A stretch of 56,640 nucleotides of DNA. Origin: an archaeon. Lineage in GTDB: Archaea > SpSt-1190 > DYHY01. The DNA lies in assembly GCA_043803745.1 (NCBI GenBank), contig JAZDJS010000036.1, positions 1 to 56,640 on the forward strand. The letters run 5' to 3'. Made by a program: the position numbers and the translations under genes. Below, piece after piece: positions 54,201-56,640 of this stretch (position 1 is its first letter; the number at the start of each line of letters is the position of its first letter). A model generated the notes under the pieces. It was not told the origin of the DNA and ran no database searches. It was given only the letters and a program-made list of their open reading frames with translations.

Positions 54201-56640
54201 TCGGAATATGACAACGCAACCTGCAACCTTTGGATAAACAAGAGCTCTTCAGCAGCCCTGATAAACGGCGGAAGCACCGTTGTCCAGACCAATGAGACCT
54301 GCTCGCTCACCTATTCAAGCTTCAACTATTCCGACATTTCCGGGAGCCACTATTACTTCTTCACGATAAACGACACGTTCCATCAGTTCAACACTTCAGC
54401 CTATTCCGGGCCGCAGATTGAGAAGGACAACATAACCGCCGCAATAACGGCTGGCTCTTTCAGCACCGTCAACAGGAGCTCAAGCCAGACAACGACCCTT
54501 TCAATACAGCTGAACGACTCCGACCTTAACACGCCGGTGCCTTTGGGAACGAACTGCACAATCTGGGCAACGACCGACCAGGCAACAACCTGGGCTTTCG
54601 CGAACAACAGCACGGCAGATGCAAGCGGAATCTGCACAATACAGTTCAATCCCGACTGCGCATATTCAATCATCGCGACCGGGGACCACCAGTGGAAGGG
54701 CGGCACCACAGGCAACACGGCATATTCGCATTTCAACGTAACAGCCTCGACAGTCTATATCCGGGGGGATATGGACCCGCTGCCCTATATCCCGAATTCA
54801 AGCCAGCTCTATTACCAGGGAGAAACCTTCACTGCAAGGGGCAAGCTTTACGACGAATGCGGAGTTCAGCAGACGGTTGTCGCGACAAACGTCAAGTTCT
54901 ATGCGGTGAATGGGAGCAACGAATATGATGTCTGCGGAGCAACCGCCTATGTCAATCCGAACTACCAATGCGTTATGGCAACCGCAACCCTCCCAGTCGC
55001 GACATACAAGCTCAAGCAGAACGTAACCGATTCCGGCTATCTTAACCGCGCAAGCAACACAACCTCTTTTGTCTCCTTCCGCGTGCAGGCGGCATACGCT
55101 AACGTCTCAATTTCAACCAACCTGACCAGTCAGTCCTACACGGTAAACGGGATAAACCAGTCAACCGGGAACTATTCGACAGTCCAAGTCAACCTCACGA
55201 ACACCGGGCTTGGGGCAACATATGACCCGAACTCAACCTGGCAGCTTCCCCCCGGATGGTCGGCGAACCCCGCAACCCTGTTCTATTCGAACATTTCCGA
55301 AGGGGGCAATGCCCAGAACATTTCCACACTGACCGTCCCGGCGGGAACCGCCCCTGCCAACTACATAGTCAACATAACCGCTGGCTGGAAGAACCCGAAC
55401 ATTTCCCTGTCCGGAACGAACAACTCCTCGATAACAATAGTTGTCTCGCCGCACCCCACCCTTGACCTCCTTGACAAGACAATTGCGTACACCCTTGATC
55501 ATGCAAGCACTGCCGCAATAGGGACCTTCCGGGTCAACTCGACTGGGAACACAAACATTTCAGGAATAAATTTCACAAGGAATGCGGGAACCCTTCCGGG
55601 AGCCTGGCTTTCCTTCAACTACACAAACATCTCGATAATCCAGGCTGCCCAGATGAACATAACCCAGATTTCGGCAACTGTCCCTAACGGCACGGCTGCC
55701 GGGAACTACTTTGCCAACTACACGATAAACGCGACAGGCTCCTCCTGCTTCCTCTCCCTCTGCTGGAACTATCTCAACGTTACCGTCACAGTGCCTGACA
55801 ACAGGAACTGGACAAGGGTTCCGGACACTTTCGGGAACGTCACAGTCTACACAAACACCGCAGGGACAATAGGCAACATAACCTCAACAAGCCGGGCGAA
55901 CACTGAGATAAACCTGACCACCGGAGTCACCGGGAACGGCTCGGCGCTCATCTCCCTCTCGAACTCCTCAGTCTACCTGAGCATCCAGGAAATCGAGAAC
56001 CTGACCGTTACCTATTCAATCCCATACACCCAGCCATTCGGCGAATATTACGCGAACGTTACCCTTACAAATTCATCGGCAAGCCCCGTCCAGCAGAACG
56101 CGACGCTAATCCTCCACGTTGTCGACAACATCCTCCCGAACGTTTCCAGCCTGACCTTCTCCCTAACCCCGCTTGATGAGCAGTTCGAGTCAACCAATCT
56201 GACTGCCAACGGGACGGACAACAACGCAGTCCACTCAGTCTGGTTCGAGCTTACCTTGCCAAACACAACCCACGAGAACCTCAGCGCAACAGCCCTGACC
56301 GCCCTGCCCTACTCGAACTACTACAGGTATTCCGGATATGTCCCAAGGCTCAACGGCACAATCTCCGTGCGCGCCTGGATAAACGACACGAGCGGAAACC
56401 TGAACTCAAGCATCCTCGGCTCCTTCGAGGCAATTGGATATAGCAACTTCTCCATAATCTCAAACCTGACAAATAACAAGTACACTGTAAACGGAATAAC
56501 CCAGCAGACATCAAACTACACTACAGTCAACCTCACCCTGAACAACACCGGATTCGGCGCAGGCAGGAACTCAAACATCACCTTCTCCCTCCCCGGGAGC
56601 TGGACCGCGAACCCGAGCCCGCTCTACTACGGAAACATCT
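45243..56640 (+). CDS. Giant secreted surface glycoprotein, truncated by the window end (at least about 3799 aa)
   Basis: The frame opens after TGA at 45144. It translates cleanly where I read it (start, middle, end), and the ORF track has no stop-terminated ORF in this frame. It begins MRRKSQFSTLLVEILQILAFTSLVTFPLF (alternative TTG start at 45198). Dense N-x-S/T sequons, Cys pairs and internal repeats. Confidence 0.9.
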   Translation, partial: MRRKSQFSTLLVEILQILAFTSLVTFPLFQLAIFPDPAGNLSSGLAFFDENATANVSGNSSLPNAPELPVLVQYSYSVLFRSLLQLENVIFPGERFNFTVEISSPENGSTFFENGTVVSANFSGENLTIDELEFSANLSGEDAGLNITGSASAPEPGEFEILANISILSPAGTGNFYTISSKVVISAVRELFFSLSAPERAYVGENFSVSAALLNGTDSQSSYLNFSTEPGLTILDGQDANCSGGDCNLTATIVANETGNRTIFVTAFLPDKNLTLDKNRTVLILDRPLEFSAIPPEISETASPGTSYSAEISLLSNRELAVLAEFEGSSANATINETEFNLSAGIPHPVLLAIDIPAEGNYSSSLVFLHQFGNLTIPVLVVAALPENYSVPVPLVISAAINTTEVELGRERVRLQAILENPEAAAYVTFSVIRPDGHEQVLLTKREGAAFLNDYMPTKLGAHAFSNITVWDVSSNLLSYYEPENLTFLSVAPRFAEGSYSVAEISERKEQDVFSGDHRKVIKTLAVQNLLETELYGFSLEGTFELPEDAENVQVKNSDYETVRTETEPLSPGETRTYYLEYEYNFRDRYLKENGIWILPDRKSYDATGGIFSSKIYIRNFREKDFYSEIIPSFDERLELVGAYRIDYEPALFETEVEIFNETCLEEAETESTCIIGTRIENISAMQPVQVPLDILGNYNPEENPLFARIPERDKPPSVFEGGLERRAASVSQELTRDSTTTIKLVFRTSEFGSGEFYVGVTGLEKLDEGSGFSSQKIGEPETLAFGLDPAWTSGPWRMEDGFARGTTGDISHAAVSGNVVNTFSTVDMAPLEGTSGFDDGFEAEFDIADYGTWGDTNSHAAVYLKKDSGNGTANTAPYAIVGIAYYDDQYDDDLDQVTVGFDRDGDGVLEDWDFQIYNLMDDGTTDTSQIRYYSSGSWGSWQNLPSAITSSAEYSTSWEVEFRFPLYNLTQTFDPDWLNTSRIWISFFDADGTSTDRTVNISGTGTDASTWIQFTYNSSNLPPIINLEYAWQVPDNTTAITFETYGAGSATCAATDGAGGFTPNSDWTDAFEDEFSFGTNPIRTGDPWGVSSYPNGAIYLKKNSGAIGASTETVPFLYVCYAMYDDDEDADLDDIRFVFDLNGNDIIDENDTYFRQTMDDGNNDNALIKATYWINGWNASANLGYSMGTIGSATGGTAERWAPSAATGYWNLEGGISFYDIYGAAFSGKDPDQQINKTRISFSTWDRGGSSATDIGNYALTGNFTGKWNNGTYLGTWIGDSLNVVYVSSIDTTAPAITIASPQNQSYFSEWIYANLSSDETLDFCYSSLNGAANTTMANSTANRTTFYYNLSAIVNGLNNISFHCVDRVGNGNVSAVYFTVDRDKPVIYRSSPENVTYTYSDIQFNLSISEPSDWCGVSLNGANNVSITRFNSTQFNSTISLYDGFFGASFSCNDTQSNWNASTANVYFSIDTTEPDVNLCSANKTFLKQGEAARLSCNATDYGNITSPINYTYHKTTTECTSERLVSYSGQSNGPACGYDGSTWSDDDYYRVLSGTAISAFYNFTVPNSSISGISLLSNVWMSSSRQLDIYIYNSTLGDYQNINSVPLGSTATSDYGNCDGQWGSQAACVSSTLCSGPTGCSQIILSGNRIEVGYSISYISGLSFYNDKQAIVMNLTGINASTTFWNSTLVCSETANYTWLSTSAMDSSGNYNLTTGFFPITVKCDVQAPSVNNTAVRNSTNASQSVFFIGDVVRLNFNASDYENGLSYRVISIYDPDSILLVSNASMTAASSQPFQWFYDFNTDSRKNGTYTAYMWANDTSANFNSTSNTFTVNNETFYNMFISTNATDISKTRSFALACNASCNGTVCNSTGAYLQWNNSGSWATVPSSATALTANATIYSCGNIGNTSTCQRTWEVTGNTAGTYYLRCLYNSTSAITNNTATQAETVHVGTLAINISAPYQEPHIINKTDTFLLNISAICYNWYCGIPTISTYLNDSTTLPTTLIGAGTTVKRESGEANPFTCSSALDPLGSGTRTCNQTMTVNMTAVATRLIGANVSSSDGQVSSNVTASNRTVGGKVGTLTLAWIDPLSADIDKISSDTVGTRVTCNSYKCFTATVSVRNATGDSAIPTIATTQPLNITSGTQPQDCGSMNPGNTCDKSWTLFGARSGAETVNFRADSSDPDISSGYSTSSSTTVHVGTLAINISAPYLDPYIVNKTDTFLLNVSAICYSWYCGIPTISTYLNDSTTLPTTLIGAATTVKRESGEANPFTCSSALDPGGSGTRYCNQTMTVNMTAVATRLIGANISSADPDVLSNVTVSNRTVGGKVGTLSFTSVPTTDFLNKTDTRTASYQILCSNYKCFTVSAYLENSTTGGLVPTGETTEKLNISSGTQPQSCGSMNPGNTCDKSWTIFGAHNGTENINGNATSSDSNVAPLDSSQTNYRVFVGTLGISWQDDIIANISKTRMDWVNSTLTCSGFKCFTVDLYLRNTTSNTNIPAGSTTEPLNISSGSQPESCLTMVPGDSCTKSWLLFGAMKGAEDVKVVSVPKDSEVVQVNTTINSTYVRTGWLELLMGAPPTTPNPFMLTVNRTPWTFNMTVVCHDWFCGKPVISALVNDTSANPATIVASDVSTTVKREVGDANPLTCASNLDPNVVGGTANCSLNFTANYTYFGYAHIGGNVTGQDSDVLTNVTYTNRTLKGVLAGLRLNLTHVPNPISKTTNYTQMCSVNCTDASCDETFIFPQYYNGTNWINLPRTLEDPLQANESLYYCGTVLANQVCLKEWSVRGNTFGDYNIRCYANSSTAVPTEETSTSEWHNVTVGTLSVKVISPTSFQDIVINQTVRNFSIVANVTCNNYLCFNVSSYARLNSSGSTMVFAPTSGVSQLFYVDIQPNYSAQNMTVGQSKNVTWWGNATFIGTTLLEVGSNQTDNLTMNYSAQTTFSFINLQTETSANSVNSTQTGSVLGGWGETYRYNITLKDSEYDNATCNLWINKSSSAALINGGSTVVQTNETCSLTYSSFNYSDISGSHYYFFTINDTFHQFNTSAYSGPQIEKDNITAAITAGSFSTVNRSSSQTTTLSIQLNDSDLNTPVPLGTNCTIWATTDQATTWAFANNSTADASGICTIQFNPDCAYSIIATGDHQWKGGTTGNTAYSHFNVTASTVYIRGDMDPLPYIPNSSQLYYQGETFTARGKLYDECGVQQTVVATNVKFYAVNGSNEYDVCGATAYVNPNYQCVMATATLPVATYKLKQNVTDSGYLNRASNTTSFVSFRVQAAYANVSISTNLTSQSYTVNGINQSTGNYSTVQVNLTNTGLGATYDPNSTWQLPPGWSANPATLFYSNISEGGNAQNISTLTVPAGTAPANYIVNITAGWKNPNISLSGTNNSSITIVVSPHPTLDLLDKTIAYTLDHASTAAIGTFRVNSTGNTNISGINFTRNAGTLPGAWLSFNYTNISIIQAAQMNITQISATVPNGTAAGNYFANYTINATGSSCFLSLCWNYLNVTVTVPDNRNWTRVPDTFGNVTVYTNTAGTIGNITSTSRANTEINLTTGVTGNGSALISLSNSSVYLSIQEIENLTVTYSIPYTQPFGEYYANVTLTNSSASPVQQNATLILHVVDNILPNVSSLTFSLTPLDEQFESTNLTANGTDNNAVHSVWFELTLPNTTHENLSATALTALPYSNYYRYSGYVPRLNGTISVRAWINDTSGNLNSSILGSFEAIGYSNFSIISNLTNNKYTVNGITQQTSNYTTVNLTLNNTGFGAGRNSNITFSLPGSWTANPSPLYYGNI
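51093..52590 (+). repeat. 750-bp (250-aa) internal tandem duplication in the giant ORF
   Basis: ACAGTCCATGTCGGAACCCTCGCAATAAACATCTCAGC at 51093 and 51843; TTGGCGGAAAGGTCGG at 51481 and 52231. Confidence 0.9.

Noticed and set aside
45376-56266. Many short ORFs listed in the track across this region
   Set aside because: Alternative-frame and antisense by-products of the single giant ORF.

Overview
Archaeal genomic window, most likely a DPANN lineage such as Micrarchaeota. This is inferred from the archaeal aIF5B, L7Ae, S28e, L24e, TBP and GluRS, the TATA-box promoters and the pilin style. The left part holds translation and transcription housekeeping genes, tRNA-Ser(GGA), an RbgA-like GTPase, a TBP with a long basic tail and a KaiC-like ATPase. 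The middle part is a large type IV pilus locus: minor pilins, a 1685-aa adhesin, an ATPase, two TadC-like proteins, and four major-pilin paralogs interspersed with opposite-strand ORFans. The right part has a MinD-like ATPase, a Ser1 proteasome-beta-like Ntn-fold protein, a long coiled-coil protein, a family of helical paralogs, a LeuRS-like protein without recognisable catalytic motifs, and a surface-protein ORF of at least about 3800 aa that runs off the window and is absent from the ORF track. The most striking observation is that short, synonymously recoded copies of a gene's own last 7-10 codons sit downstream of two pilin genes and of the LeuRS-like gene. They are separated by hairpins and a recurring CTTCGC-N4..6-GYTCRRC motif. 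An analogous duplicated 5' end with its TATA box precedes the tRNA. This suggests an undescribed gene-end replacement or micro-insertion process, but no enzyme for it is visible in the window.
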